DNA from: Trypanosoma brucei
Taxonomy: Eukaryota
Direction: 5' to 3'
Assembly (NCBI GenBank): GCA_000002445.1
Contig: CP000066.1
Location: 1,568,001 to 1,632,000 of the forward strand
Length of the DNA: 64,000 bases
In this document: positions 39,474-53,237 of the stretch, piece by piece
Layout of the letters: every line of letters starts with the position of its first letter
Position numbering within the stretch: position 1 is the stretch's first letter
Made by a program: the position numbers and the translations under genes
The notes under the pieces: model-generated
Database searches by the model: none
What the model saw: the letters and a program-made list of their open reading frames with translations, nothing else
What the model was told of the DNA's origin: nothing

Positions 39474-40361
39474 TTAGCAGAAGATGAATGTAAGAAGTGC
39501 GGGGTACAGCGTTGCATGTCTTCTCTGATCGACGCCATTGCCCTTTTGTGTACTTCCCCCCGAAGAGGAACCTTCATCCGCATCGGTTGTTATCACCTCC
39601 GAGGGCCTGCTCACTTCAGGTTTGGGAGCTCCGCCCCGCATGGCCGACGCTACGTAGTCATCATCCCGTCCTGACACTTGCCGCCGCGAAATCCCATCTT
39701 CATTCTCATCCATCGAATGTTTCCCCACAGCTTTCACTCCTTCCCCCCTTTCTCCCCCAGCAACTGAAGGCGCACTCTGTTGCTCCGTTGCGTGACGGCC
39801 GTCGTGTTGTGTCGCTAGCTCGACTGACATTCCCTTTCTCTTTTCCGCATCCCTGTTTTGCTCTTCCCCTACACGTGCGGGTCCTTGTGCTGTTTCACCT
39901 GACCGCACGTCGTCAACACTTCGTGACGGCGCTTGTCCAGAAAAATTTGGAGCATTGGTGGACGACCCTCTGTTGCTGCTTTGCGTCGTGCCGCCGCCTG
40001 TGTTATCAGCTCGTCGTACCCCGCCACCACGAGAATCGCTGCTAGGAAGCATGGGTTTGTGAGAGGAAGAACTTGAACTGGCAACTTCGGTCGGATGTGT
40101 TGGCCGACTTGTTCCCCTGGCTGCGGCAACCGTTTTCGCTTGGTTCTGCTCAGAGGTAGAAGGTGAAGCTGCGGATGTCACTCCACTTGCCGTGGGGCGA
40201 ACCTGTGAATCAACCGATTTACAATCGTCATATCCAGGAGGAGCGAAATACGTGTTGCACCTGCTGCGTCCCATCGAAACCTGCACTTCACTCGATAATA
40301 TAGTATAGGGCGTACTTGCTCTTAGGGTTAAAAGTAATGTTACCGCAATTTTGAGAGTCAT
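39474..40361 (-). CDS. Low-complexity S/G/T/R-rich putative secreted/surface (mucin-like) protein with signal peptide and hydrophobic C-terminus
   Basis: ATG at 40359-40361. Signal peptide MTLKIAVTLLLTLRASTP. The body is 295 aa of S/G/T/A/R/E-rich sequence ending ...HATLYPALLTFIFC. The segment is GC-rich and the opposite strand is also open, so coding status is uncertain. It has a paralog on the + strand at 53238. Confidence 0.4.
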   Translation of the reverse strand: MTLKIAVTLLLTLRASTPYTILSSEVQVSMGRSRCNTYFAPPGYDDCKSVDSQVRPTASGVTSAASPSTSEQNQAKTVAAARGTSRPTHPTEVASSSSSSHKPMLPSSDSRGGGVRRADNTGGGTTQSSNRGSSTNAPNFSGQAPSRSVDDVRSGETAQGPARVGEEQNRDAEKRKGMSVELATQHDGRHATEQQSAPSVAGGERGEGVKAVGKHSMDENEDGISRRQVSGRDDDYVASAMRGGAPKPEVSRPSEVITTDADEGSSSGGSTQKGNGVDQRRHATLYPALLTFIFC

Positions 40362-43300
40362 TTACCTTCTTGTTGCTATTGCCTCCCACAAAGACACTAA
40401 ACACAAATAAAAACGAAAAAATAGTTTCAGGGGAAGAAAGTACATAAATCCAAAAACTCTTCTATATTGTTTTTCCAAACGGAAACTTGGATCTACCGGC
40501 ATCGATAAATAGACTTCTTAGGCCTTTCTGGTAAATAAAGAAACGGACAATACATAAAAAAACATTATTCTTGCACGCAACTACAGTTCTAACAATAAAA
40601 CAAACGCAACGACATACCCCACTATCACATATAGCAATCATAACAATATTATAGGGTGGCTCTTCTTTCGCTGTATCAAAGCCCTCTAACCTTTTTGTAA
40701 AAGCCGTTTCAAGCGCACAGAGGGAAAGGAGACACATTATGGAGCCAAAAATGCTAAGCCTAACGTAAATAAATTATGACTAAATAAGATCTCATATTTT
40801 TTTATGATACAAAGTTGAAGCTGGAGGACAAACACACCGCAATCTGTGTTTCTTAGCTGTTTCAAACATGAAATACACTCGCATCGGTAATTCTTGTTTT
40901 ACTTTTCCGTTAATTGGGTTCTGATTCAGCAAGTGCAGTCCCGCCATCGTATTCAACAAATAGTTTTCACTGAATGAATCCCATGTATTAATAATCAATG
41001 GTGCTTCTCACCACCGCCCTTCATTCCTTTTTCTTCTTGGCTGGTGCTCAGTTCTCTGGCTTTGGCACCGCAGCCACCATGTCAATAAACTCATCTAACG
41101 GCACCTTTCTGAACGTTACACAGACCGACGACTGTTTTGTTAGCATCTCTTTGTGTTATTCTCAGTGAATGATGTTTCCGGCTTACTATCATCCCAGGTT
41201 TTATCTGCGTCAAAGGGGAGATGGTGTACTTGTCTGTTTAGTCCAAACTCCTTTTGTTGAGGAGCCGACCCATAATATGTGCAGTGGCACTGCGATGCGG
41301 TAATTCCATCATTGCAACACCTTCGACATCACGGACAGCTTATATCATTTTCAAAACATGAACCATAGAAGCTGATTGGACCACTTCCTTCCACAGTCCA
41401 ATCTCTTTAGCCCGGTGTAACGTGGCCGGCCCGTGACCAGCTGAATCACTGAGAAAACCACTCCGTTGATGAACACTTAAAAGAAAAAAAAGATTCTAAT
41501 GCCTGGGATACTCTCTGATCCCTTTCACACATGTCCTGTGATAATACCGGCGATGAGAGTGACAACGGTCTCTGGAGCACCATCTGCGTCACTTTCGCAC
41601 TATTAGCTGCGGCACAATTCACCTTCACTAGAGTTTTCCCTCCAACAAGAAGCTATCTAGTTGAGTTAATCCTGGGTCAACGGTGGCGCCTTCAGAACGA
41701 GGGTGATGCGTTCACGACTCACAAAAGCAAATACTCACAAACAATCCGCTAGCGCCACTTCTGCACGGGCAGGCATTCATTCGAGTTGGTGCAAACCACT
41801 GCGTGCTCGAAAGAGCTGACGGCGAATATCCACACGGGGAAATACAACCGTTGCGCACCGGCTCGCTCAAGCACGCGTTCTCCCCCTCCGGCGACTACTC
41901 TTTCCACGGGTTTCTATGTTCCCTCGGCCGCAGCAAAAGGTTAACAAAATTCGATACTCTTAGTCGATTTGTCTAGGGAATGAAAAAGCAGTTTTCCTTC
42001 AGTGAAAGCATTTTTCAGCAGTCTTCTCTGGACGAAGTTCATCGATTACGAAAATAAATCAGCTTTCGCGCAGCAACCTTGCTTATCTCCTTCCGCTTTC
42101 TGAACCAAGCCTCACCCCCATCGGTGGGCGAGAAGTTCCCTCGACACTTCTGTCAACTCAGGGTGCGCAAACGGTTAAAACATGCAGTCCTCGGCTCCTG
42201 GAATATTCACTGGCTGGCCTGTCCGTGTGCTTTGGATCCCTTTCTCTACATATCCGTTAAGTGTCGCATCCGCAGGTGCTTCGACATCAGCCCGCCCATG
42301 CGCAGCCCATGTTGAGGTTGGCGATTGACGCGGTGCAACAAATAACTTCGAAAGAGTTTTTTTTTCTGGCCACAACAAGCGGCACCCTAGGTTTCTCTAT
42401 TTACATTCGCCAAACAGTCTCAAGAAATACCCACCGCCCGTCCTCTCTTTACAAAGTTTGCATCCGTTTACTTTATTTTCAGCCGTGATCAGTCCTCCGT
42501 TTTTTGCGGGCAGTGCGATATCTTTGTTTTCAGCAGCATCTTGGACATCCCCGTGTTACGAACGGCAAGTGTATTGGCGCCCTTGGACTCATCCGCTCCC
42601 TTACTCAGGCTTTTTAAAAGCTCCCGACGGTGTTCAGGTGACATGTTGTTTCCGAAAACTCAGCCGATCCACCACTTTTCCCCACAAAACCCAGGAGGAA
42701 CGAAACTCATAGTGCGCAGAGCCTTCCATGTTGCCCCGTACCGCCGTACCGGATGCGATCCGACGTTTGAATGCTGCTGGAGGTCTTCACCGTTTTCGAG
42801 TGGATCGCACCGCGTCCTTTAAAGTCGGTAATGACGGGGAGGAGGCGCTGACTTCCAATTAATGCGTCGGTTTTGGGTTCTGTGACTTGCAAACTGCAGA
42901 GCCACGCTCATGTTACAAAAGTGCGATTTCAGGTTCTCAACCTTAACCCTTTGGTACGCAGAAGCCCTGTTTACGTTATTGTGAATACTCATCTGCCCTA
43001 ATAGCTGTTGGGCACTCGCTCTTGTTCACTTGCCCCCAACCTTCCCGTGCTTGTGTCAGGGGTTGTCCAAAGCATCCAGAGGCCACTGAGGGTCCGTCGC
43101 CGCTTGCAGGCACCAATGTAGCGGTCGTGTCCTCCAAAGGTTTCGCCGCCTTCTGACCCCCGAATATTTCCGTGCTGTGCTGAACGAGCGTCGACACTCT
43201 GTGAACTTTCATTTTAGGACAGACCAAGTTAACGATTGGCGTTCTCTTTTGCTCCGGGGCACCGCCCAAGGTTAGGAGTGGCCACAGGGCGGGTTTCCTT

Positions 43301-46300
43301 CGGTGTCCCAGTTAAGTGATGGGGCGATTCACAAGATGTCACACGCGGATCAGCATTTGTACACGCATAGGCATCAGCGCGAAAAATATTCTTCACTGAT
43401 ACTTGCCTGTAAACTGGCGGGTACGCAGCGCACAATTTCTCTTGCTTTTCGCCGCACTAAGAGTTGCGTGCTGGGACTGTGGTGAAATTTTCGGAACCGC
43501 CAGTTGGATCTGTTAGTTTATATCCGAGAGTTTGCGTTTTTCGGCAATATCCCTCTTGCGATGTATTGAGTCCGTCGTTTTGCGACCAGATATACTGTTG
43601 TTTCAATGATTATTCTGATACATCTTTTTGTTTTCTATTTGCGATGCCCCCTACTGTCACAATACTAGATAACATTCTGCTGCTTCAATGCGTATTGCAT
43701 GTTCTGTGTGCATATTTTCGTGTCCCAATCCTCTCTGTTAGAGGGAGTTGGAAGCGGCGAGAATAAGACATCTTCGGTGATCTCAATGTTCTGTTTTTTA
43801 CTTGGATCTGCATATGGGTGGTTGGAGGTTTGTATGTAGCGCTGCGTGATGGCCGTACTGCTACGGCAACGGTGTGTGTGTGTGCAGATGAAAGTGGCGG
43901 ATAACCCCTTGCATAAGTACATGTGAGTAGGTGGATATTCATATTTGTGGTAGCAAAAAGGCGCGGCGCGTGCGGAGGGAGGGAAGACACAGAAAGGCAT
44001 GGGGTCAATAAATCAAACAACTGCAGTGGGTGCGGGGCGAAAGGGCTATAAGAAAGAATGCTTAAAAACAACCAATAGCGACGGCGTGAACACTGCAGTG
44101 CTTGTACGCTTATGAAGGATGGCTTGCATTTATTCATTTTTTTTGCCACTGTAGAGCAGAGGACAAACTAATTCAAAAAGTAAGGAGACGGCGTCCACTT
44201 ATCTGTGTCTGCTTCTTTTAAGTGAAGAAGCTATCATCGAAATGAGTCGAGCAATCGTACAATCTGCTGTTTTAATAGTGCGACCAGTTGTTATCACGGA
44301 GAAATACCCAACTTCTTCTATAAATCCGAATGATGCGTGCTTCATCTCGACAAAAAGGTGCGGGTGAACTCTCAGAGAGGCAGTAGTAAATATCGTTTAG
44401 TTGTACTGTGACCAGACTTCCTTTGCCATCGGCCACATCCCTTTCGACCGCTGTAGTATTCGCACAACCCCAATTGGCTGCCCGAGCTTTGTAAAACTTC
44501 CACCATGCTCATTTACGATATGAAGATGGGGCACGTTTGCTTTGCTCAAACTTCGTTTCCACACGAACACACGATGAAGGACTCCCATACCGAGCGGAAA
44601 TTGGGGCCTTCGTGCGATGTTGAATTGGTGTGGAAAGCTCCTGGCGGACGCTAACGTGAAGGCCAAATGTATCAAGAGTGATCCCCTCCAGCGTGCATAG
44701 AGTCAAGGTGAAGTGCGTAATATAGGAAATAGGGAAGCTACATAAATGCAGTTAACGTTATAACCCTCATTTTTGTTGGTAGAATACTTTTGATGTGACT
44801 CACATTTATGTTTTAACTGATGTGATTACCCTACCGAATTGCATTTAATTCTGCAGACGCTTTGGACACCCTGAAACACATTATGGTCTGCTATTTCGGA
44901 TTTATTAATCGCCATTATTTTCAGGAGCCAGTATTTATTCCCATTCCGCGTTACCTCATCACAAATGTACATCGTGGCACTACCCTTTACGCTTTTCTAT
45001 CTTCGTATGTTCACCCTGTTAAAAAAAATTTTCTCATGGTGGGTTTGAACCACCCACTGTAATCGATTTGGGTGCCATTAATGAAGTGCGTGGTGCACCA
45101 TGACTAACTGACCCTCTATCTCTGTTAGCATTTTGCGGTTTAGTTTGTATGATGTTGGGTGATAGCATGCACACTTTGGTAATACTGCTTCTCCCCCATA
45201 TCTTCTTATCTTTCTTACGAACGGAAGAAAAGGATGGTTAGTATTACTATTTGGTTTGATGAAAACATGTTCTATCCATCGCTAGCCCCAACGTGTACTT
45301 AGCATTTGACGCGCATCTAAAATTGCACTTTAATGTGCCTGTGCCGTGGGTGCATATGCTCGGCGCCCTCCATGTTCGTTTTGTCAGTCACGTATATGCA
45401 CGTTGCTGTGTGATTACTTTGTTCTTTTACTGCGATGTGGTATTCACAAATGGAAGAGGTATAGATGCTGTTTCGTCCGTTATCGACATTTTGATTTCAT
45501 TGAAATGGGTCGTTAGTGTTTTAATGACTGTTATGGTTGCTTTCCAACTCTGTATAATTGCCAAGAGAATCTGTCAGGCAGTGTTACATGGCCCAACTCA
45601 ATGAATTTATGCCGTTCGTTGGATGACCTGACGAACTCTCGCAGGCGCAGTGCATGGTGTTCCGATCATCACATGCTGCTTCCACTAGTTATTTTGTGGA
45701 AACTGCTTTGTGTAAGCCAACATGAAACAATACTAAGAGTTGTAGCTGTTGAAAAACGTTGGAGGTGTACTTGGACTTCATGCTGTCTTGACGTGATGGC
45801 CTGAAGTAGTTTCTCTGGGCACGCAAACTGTTTCTTTCAGCCAAATGGCATACGTGAAACATCCAAGGGGGAATATACCCAGGGTATGGATCTCTAATGT
45901 TGCTTTGCTCAACATGAGATTTACATCACTTTATGTAAGCGAATAACAATGGGATAGGCATGCCTATAGGTTTTGTAAGTGTGTCTTTGTGTGTGTATTA
46001 AAGGTTAAATCTAATTGACCACAGTAATGGTCAATGCATTTAAATACTTTTTGACCAATGTTGCCTAGTTGACGAACACCCTATACCTTTGTGTGGGACA
46101 CATTTATATTTTGTTTTTGTTTTTGTTAAACTTCCTTAATGCAAAAGTACGTGAAGAATTTTTAGAATCATAATGCTCTATCATTGTTTTCACTAGCATT
46201 CTCATCGTTATCATTGCTTACGCATGTATCCTCACGAGTAAAGTGAAAGTTCACGAAAACAACGTCTTTAAATCTTATAGTGCCTCCTTTCTTTTAATCG

Positions 46301-49300
46301 GGCTACTCGGAGGGTGTGTTCTTAGAACATGAGTAAATCATGCAATCAACCTCAAGTAACTGAGAAGTGAAAATCATATGCGTCATACGCTTCTTGGTTT
46401 ACTGTTCTTGGTTTCCTGCTGAGGAGTTGGGTTTATTAATGAATTTGCCGATGGAAAAAAATAAAAATAGGATCTTACTCTTTATCCTACTTTTTCTATT
46501 TTTTTTTTTTTAACGCACGAAGTAGGTTGATGATGTCGGTTAAAAATTCCTAGAGGACTTCATTCTGTGCACAGAGATGTGCAAGAGCTGTGTGATAGGA
46601 TGTACGACATGGCTTCATCAGCTGCAGAAAATATGAACGTTTGGGATTTCTAAATATTCGGGGGAGCGGATGGAGTGTGGTGAACACATTTTGTGGGGCA
46701 TTTGTATACGGGCTCTCTATTCTCACCTGCATTGTGCACAGTGTTGCCCTGCATATATATTCCCTGAAAGGCAGCTGTATTGGTGTAGCGTAATGCGAAA
46801 TGTGATCCCGTACCCTGATGACCTGGTTGGTGAGCACTTAAAGATGTTAAATTTTAATGAGGATAATCCAGCCACGGTAAAGCTGTAGCATTATAGAAAC
46901 TTCTGAGATACAAGTTGCTATGTGTGGAAGCGAAGCGTTTCTTAAAAGATGCTGAGACTGAAATGACTGAAAGATCCTGCAACGGATGAAGCTGATGTTA
47001 TCAGGCTTGATCATTGTGCGACCAGAGAAAGGTACAAACAGAGTGTAACGTGAAGGTTTATGACAGTTGTCGATGCTCTCAGGTCAGAAAACATCAGGTG
47101 CAAATTATCTCTTAGAAAAGAACATGTTCTATACACAATAGCAACAGCAAAATCCACCACAGTATTCTGAATAGTACCCTAGGCATATGGAGGAAATCCA
47201 GGGGGGGGGGTGGTGATGCATAAGCTTGCGAATTATTTTCCCAATCCACATCTTCCCAAAAGATATAAAGGGTGAAAAACCGTGCGTGGCTAATCCCGGA
47301 GGAACGTGGGGGAAACATCAAGGTTGATTGAGCAAGTATGCTGCAATACATTAATATCTTCTGCCACAGACAACATAGAATTGATTGCATGTGTACCTTA
47401 ACACCAAAGGCACATAGATTTCTTTGCACGTTGCTCATTAGCAGCTGTAATGACAGTTATGTGGATGGAACGGAAAGCCGTTGACAGCGTAAAACAGTGT
47501 GAAAGGGAAAGTTGTAAGGACCAGTTGAGCTAATACCAGAAGACCATTCGCGACTTTGCAAGTGGAAATGATGCATGGTATCAAATACGCGATGACCCCG
47601 TAGCACATATGGTAGAGAAAAATGTGGTTGAAGCGCGATTTCGTACACAAAAAAAAAGTGATGTGTTGCACCGAGTTTATCTGAATGACAGGCAGAAAAG
47701 AGTGGTTTGTAGCAACCGGAATAGAGAGACATAGTATGAAATTGTAAGGTAGCTGTGGCGACTCAAACGTCAACGAGCCTGTGGTCACGAATAACTGATC
47801 GCTTCTGCAGGTGCCACCGTACAACTTCGCACTGTTCCACGACGGAGCTAAAACAACAACAACAACGAGACGCTTCTGGAAAATTTATCCATAAACAGGT
47901 CTCACTACAAAAGCGAATACAACTTATTATGGAGGCAATAAAGGATACATTCTGAATGGGATACTTCTTCAAGGATATTCCTGATTTTAGGGTTTGGTGG
48001 CAACCACATGGAGGAGAGGATAGGAACCCTGAGGTATTGCCTGTTATCGTGTTACTGTGGAAGGGATCCTGAAGACACATAATGGGCATGAGAAATGTTG
48101 CAAGCGCATGACTACCACATCCTTCATTGGGCTACCAGCGTTAGTGAGCGACAAGCAAAAATCCGCTTCAAGCATATCACTTTGCGCTTATACCTCACAC
48201 TGTCATATGCAAAATTGAGATGTGGTACTATGAGGCGAAAATAAAAGAGCAAGAGTCACAGCAAGGGTGCAAGGTAGAGCGTGTCGTATTCTGTCTGGAA
48301 CTCTCAGCTGATTCATGGTATTTACAATAACAAATCACTTAGTCACATGAAATCCGGGACACAACTGGTGGTGGCACCTAAACTACTGCCTAAGCGACTC
48401 TCCAAAATACTGTACATATAACAATATCAGTTGACCGTGCACAAATTAGAAGGGAGATGCATATGATACTGCTAAATGCCACTATGGACCACACGAGGAG
48501 GTGAACACAGAGAGGCAGAGAAGAAGAAAAAACAATAATATCTTTGCAGAATCATCAATTTGTACGATGTGCGGCATTGCGCCTAAAATTGCTTGTGGAA
48601 TTACTTCAGATTATACTGTGGTGGCACACACTAGTAAAATTGAGGTACGATTCCCCTCAAATCGATGCTACTGATAATCATGGAGAAGACGCGAATAAAT
48701 GTAGAATTTGTGCATTTATATTGTGCGAAAGAGGGTAGGCCTCGTAATACATTGTGGACCAACACACTGATGTAAACCATTGCTTGTGCTCACAGCGCAA
48801 CAAAGTCAAATGGGTATGTTGGTTCAATGCGAAGCACAGTATTATGGAACTAACGGAAAAATGTGTGCAGTTGCGCAGTAAAATAGAGGATCGGTGGTTT
48901 CACATTGAGGTCAGAAGAATTTCTAGCGATATAGCGGGAGTTGACACACGGCGGTACGCTGCTCCCAAGACCCGCTAACAACGTTAAAGGAATGTGCAAA
49001 ATCAGTGAAAAGACAAGTAATGGAATACGAAGATGCTGGAACAACGACATGTTCAACTCTCCCAGGAAATGAGAGGAATACAGTGTCGTGTTCACTACAA
49101 CGCATACGCTGTAGCTTCTTAAAAGAATTGTTGGGAGAGTTATATTCCCGCGTAAGGGCCCGATGTTACGGAAAAAAAACTACCAAGAGCAGCACTGGTG
49201 GCGACGACAAGCACTTTCGGTTAGTCACAGAGGGATAAAGGAATATCGATTGTGACTCCAGTTATCTTTGATGAACGGAGCATACGGTGCTCTTCGTGTC

Positions 49301-52300
49301 GCTACAAATATGCATCGGAAAGCGGAAAGTCAGCCCAATTCAAGAAAACAGGCATTGCGGGCCTTTTCACAAAATGTCGAAACTCGACAACATCGTTCTG
49401 GAGGTTCACACTTATGTGTTGAGCCGGCGTTTTGTGTACCCAGGATGTGGCAGGGAGTGCCTTTCGGTAGAAAACATTTCCACGGGTAAGGGTGCTCCGC
49501 ATGGAACACATGTGACCGAGGAAAGTGCCCACCCTGGTGAGTGGGAAGAGAATTCGTATAATAAGCTAATGTGCCAGACCTTGAAGAGTCTCCACTGTTA
49601 CTGTTGGCTCAGGGCAAGCGACGTTAAAAGATTGTATTCAAAAGATAGCTTATTTTCTACTTGCGGTAGAGCAAATTCTCACCTGCACAAGGGTCTCCTT
49701 CGTGCGCGAAAAACGTAAACACTTGAAGACATGCAAGTGTATCACGTAGAGCCGCATTTTCGAGTTTGGTTCTTATAAAGGTACGTCGGATCACCTTCAC
49801 TAAATTCCACCTGGCTCGCAACCGCGAAAGGTATCTGGGAATTTCCACAAACTCGGCAACGTGGTAGCGAATGTTGTATGATTGGATAGGTGTTCGCATT
49901 TACACCCCTGTTGTTAATGATTGTGTTCAGCGTATACGTGCAGCAATTTATTAATGGCATACCCTCTACAGTACACAGTTTAATAGAAGAAAAAACCCAC
50001 TCATGGAGCACAATATTGGTAAGGAGTTTCGACCCCATCAGTTTACAATACCCGTAATAAAAATAGAATTATCAGAGTATAAAATTTACTGAGCGTCTTT
50101 CGCATACGAATTTTGGTGCGGGTGAAAAAAATAGGACTTGCGACGTATTTCTCACATGAATTTATCTTATGTAATTGGATGACTAAAGTGGAGGAAATAA
50201 AAATGTGGATGAAACCAGTTAGATTTATGGTGGAGGTGGCTTTGATGACGACGAGTGTTTCCTATTGCGGAGTGAATCGTAGTTAATTGATAGAAGTTTG
50301 AAATACTGTGTGGCCTTGTTGGTTTGGCAGAGCGAACAAATTCGTCGCCGGACGATATGAAAGACACAAACATATCCTCTCCAAAGGAAAAGTCATATAA
50401 GTAATGTTCGGGGCGACCGCTGATGATGTGAGCAAGGTGGGTTCGGGAGGGGGGGGGGGCTCACCAAGAACTGGATTGCAAACGGGGCAGTGGAGTCCAG
50501 ACTTTCGAAGCGGAAAGACACTTGTGAAACATCTTGTTTGCTTGTGTAAAGGAAAGAAGCAACATCGACTGCAGAGAAGCGGGGACATTTGTTGTGCGGG
50601 AAACAACGAGCAGCTATCTACCCACCAGTTGGTATCACCAAAAAAATATGACAAGACGTCAGAGACTTACAAACTAGGTGTGAGGCAGGACATGGAAAAG
50701 GTTTACCAACGGAAGGTGAATGCCACGAAGAGAAAAAACAATCCAAGACAGTATGAAAAAGCACAGTCTCAAAGGAACACACCCACTATACCTAGGGGGT
50801 ATGAAGAGTATGGGCTGTGCGCTTGTAATGGATTCATAATGGATCACGACGGTATTTGCGTATTGCATCAAGAGGATCTGATAGGGACAATGCGAGTGGC
50901 ATCAGGTGGCTTGGCAGTCTCGGAGATCTAGTGAGAGGTTAAAACCATGGTTGAAGGAGTAAATAGCAACACAAATCCAAAAACCAAGGAAAATCTGCAA
51001 AACAATAAATCAAACGGATCAACACCAAGTGAAAAATCAAAGAAGGAAATACCTGTCAAATCAGCCAGATCAAGTCCAAGTGGAAAATCAGGCACCCAAC
51101 CAACTACCAGTACAGACACATCCGACACTACTACAAGATCGCCAGAAAAGCTGGGGAGTTCCACAAAAGTTATTTCACAACCTTCAAGGACGCTTCTACT
51201 GCTACCCATGTAGGGCGGAGTAAAATTCATATTCCTTTTTCATTTTTTGTGTTCCTGTCGAAAAACTAAAAACGGATTTTCACGAGAAAGCACAGAAAAA
51301 CAAAATGGAAAGAGGGGGAACGCGAGTATGCGTGCATTCCACTCATTCGTGTTTCTGTTCAAAGCGACTAGTTAGGATGTCCGAAACAAATAAAGGAAAA
51401 AGAAGTGCGTCAAGGGAAGGCGTTGACAAGGGAGTTTAAGGCCATTTGAGATCGAACAGGCAGGGACGTTGGGGCAGTTATTGTAAAATCCGAAACGTGA
51501 GGGGGTGAAATGAACTGAAGCACCCGAGCAAGTAGGGTATACTGCCAATACCCGGCTCATACTTTTGAACTGCGAGAGGGCGACACGTTGGATTGCTGTT
51601 TTGGGGTTTGTCCGGGGGGTTTGAGGAAAACAAAAAAATAGCTGTGGAGTGTGAGAGCCGCCAGGGCAGCACACAAATAACAACAGGCTGGAGCGGTGGA
51701 AGGGGCCACCGGCTGATAATGGCACAACAAAGGTATTAACCGCGTCTGGGTCTGGTTATAATTGAAGGGAAAGGCGCTAACTATGCGCTCTCATTAAATT
51801 GGTGGGACAGTGGGGCGAAAAAAGGACCAAAAGGTAAGAACAAATATAAGTTTTTGACGTTTGGAGCCTCGGGGACATTGAAAGATGAGGAATCATATGA
51901 AGCACCTGAGGGGTCATTAGATAAACATGATGAGAGAGGTATTCACGCTCATCAGCGCGCAGAAATGAAGTTTAGCGGAAGGATGTTAAAGGTAAATGCC
52001 AGTGACAAAAGAGATCCTCATAGCTCTTTGAACTAGTGCTCTTCGTGGAAAAAATGATAAACGAAATGACAGTCGACGCATGCGTCTGTTTGCAGGCACT
52101 ATAATTCCAAATTCGGTTACAATTATATAAGCTGTGGACAGGGCATATGTTTCAGCAGAGTTTCGTTTCTGGAAACGTCTGCGTACGCTACATTAATTTT
52201 CTTTTAATCTCCACCAGGTTTTTAGGTGATATTTTTCTGCGACGCCATTAATTTCAACTGTTTATATCTCTTTAAGTGTCTCAAACTTTCTTAGAGCGGA

Positions 52301-53237
52301 GACTCCACACATCAAACCCACTATTCTTACAAAGATAATGAGCGAAGCAATAACACGAGGGGAAAATTTGAATGCGGTTTATCACAACTGGTTCCTGCCC
52401 TTAGTTGGTGAGGGTTGGATAAATATGTCGGAAGAGGTTTCTTTCATGCAAGATAAGCATCTTATGCTAATTACTGCTACTAATCGCACGAGAATGACAA
52501 ATGTTAACGAGTGACGACAAGAAAGTGTGCAGCTTTTTGGACGACACGTGAATGGAGAGCATGCGAAATGTAAAAGCGAAACAGGATGGAATGTGAACTG
52601 AAGGAAGGGGAAGTGAGCACCGCACAAAGCACCAAAAGTTAACACAAGGTAGATCATGTTGTGAGAGAATTGGACGAGTCACGGTTTCAATATTTGGATA
52701 TAGCGGTATTCGTTAGATGATTTATTGTTGTCATTTCTATCACAGATTTTGTAACTTCCCTCTATCTTCTCTTCAATAAAGCTTCTGCACCTGATCTCTG
52801 TATCTTTTTTTTTTTTTTACAAAATTCGTTATTCATTGGCGGGTGACATTGTTTTTTCCGTGTTTACTCTTAATGCATAATTGGGAAAATTATAGTTACT
52901 GTTTGTGTTGTTAAAGTTATTAAATCTCGTGATTATCAAAGTTTTTCTTGATAATAGTTTGTACTTAAAGTCCAAAAGTACCTAATATAGTAAAATTTAA
53001 AGAAGTGACGAAAAAGGAGAACGTGGCAAACGCGGATGCTGAGTCTCAATTGATTTATACGAAGTGATTTGGAGATTAATGCTTGCCACAGTTAATCAAA
53101 TTACCCCGGACAACCTAGGTGAACTCATCATGTATATGCATGTGTATCTTCCTATTTCGAAACTTCTCTCAAATTTTAAATTTTCCAAAGCGGAATCTTC
53201 TTTATTTTTGAGGAGTAAAAACTCAAGGAAAAGGGTA

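Noticed and set aside
39497-40045. A 182-aa plus-strand ORF overlapping the minus-strand mucin-like gene
   Set aside because: It is in a GC-rich stop-poor segment open on both strands. The minus-strand frame has an N-terminal signal peptide and a paralog elsewhere, and the plus-strand frame has neither.
50404-51213. ORFs of 175 and 88 aa in the ORF-poor interval; the second ends ...SRTLLLLPM like a GPI tail
   Set aside because: No signal peptide, no recognisable domain, and an isolated position. They are possibly decayed gene fragments but cannot be supported from sequence alone.
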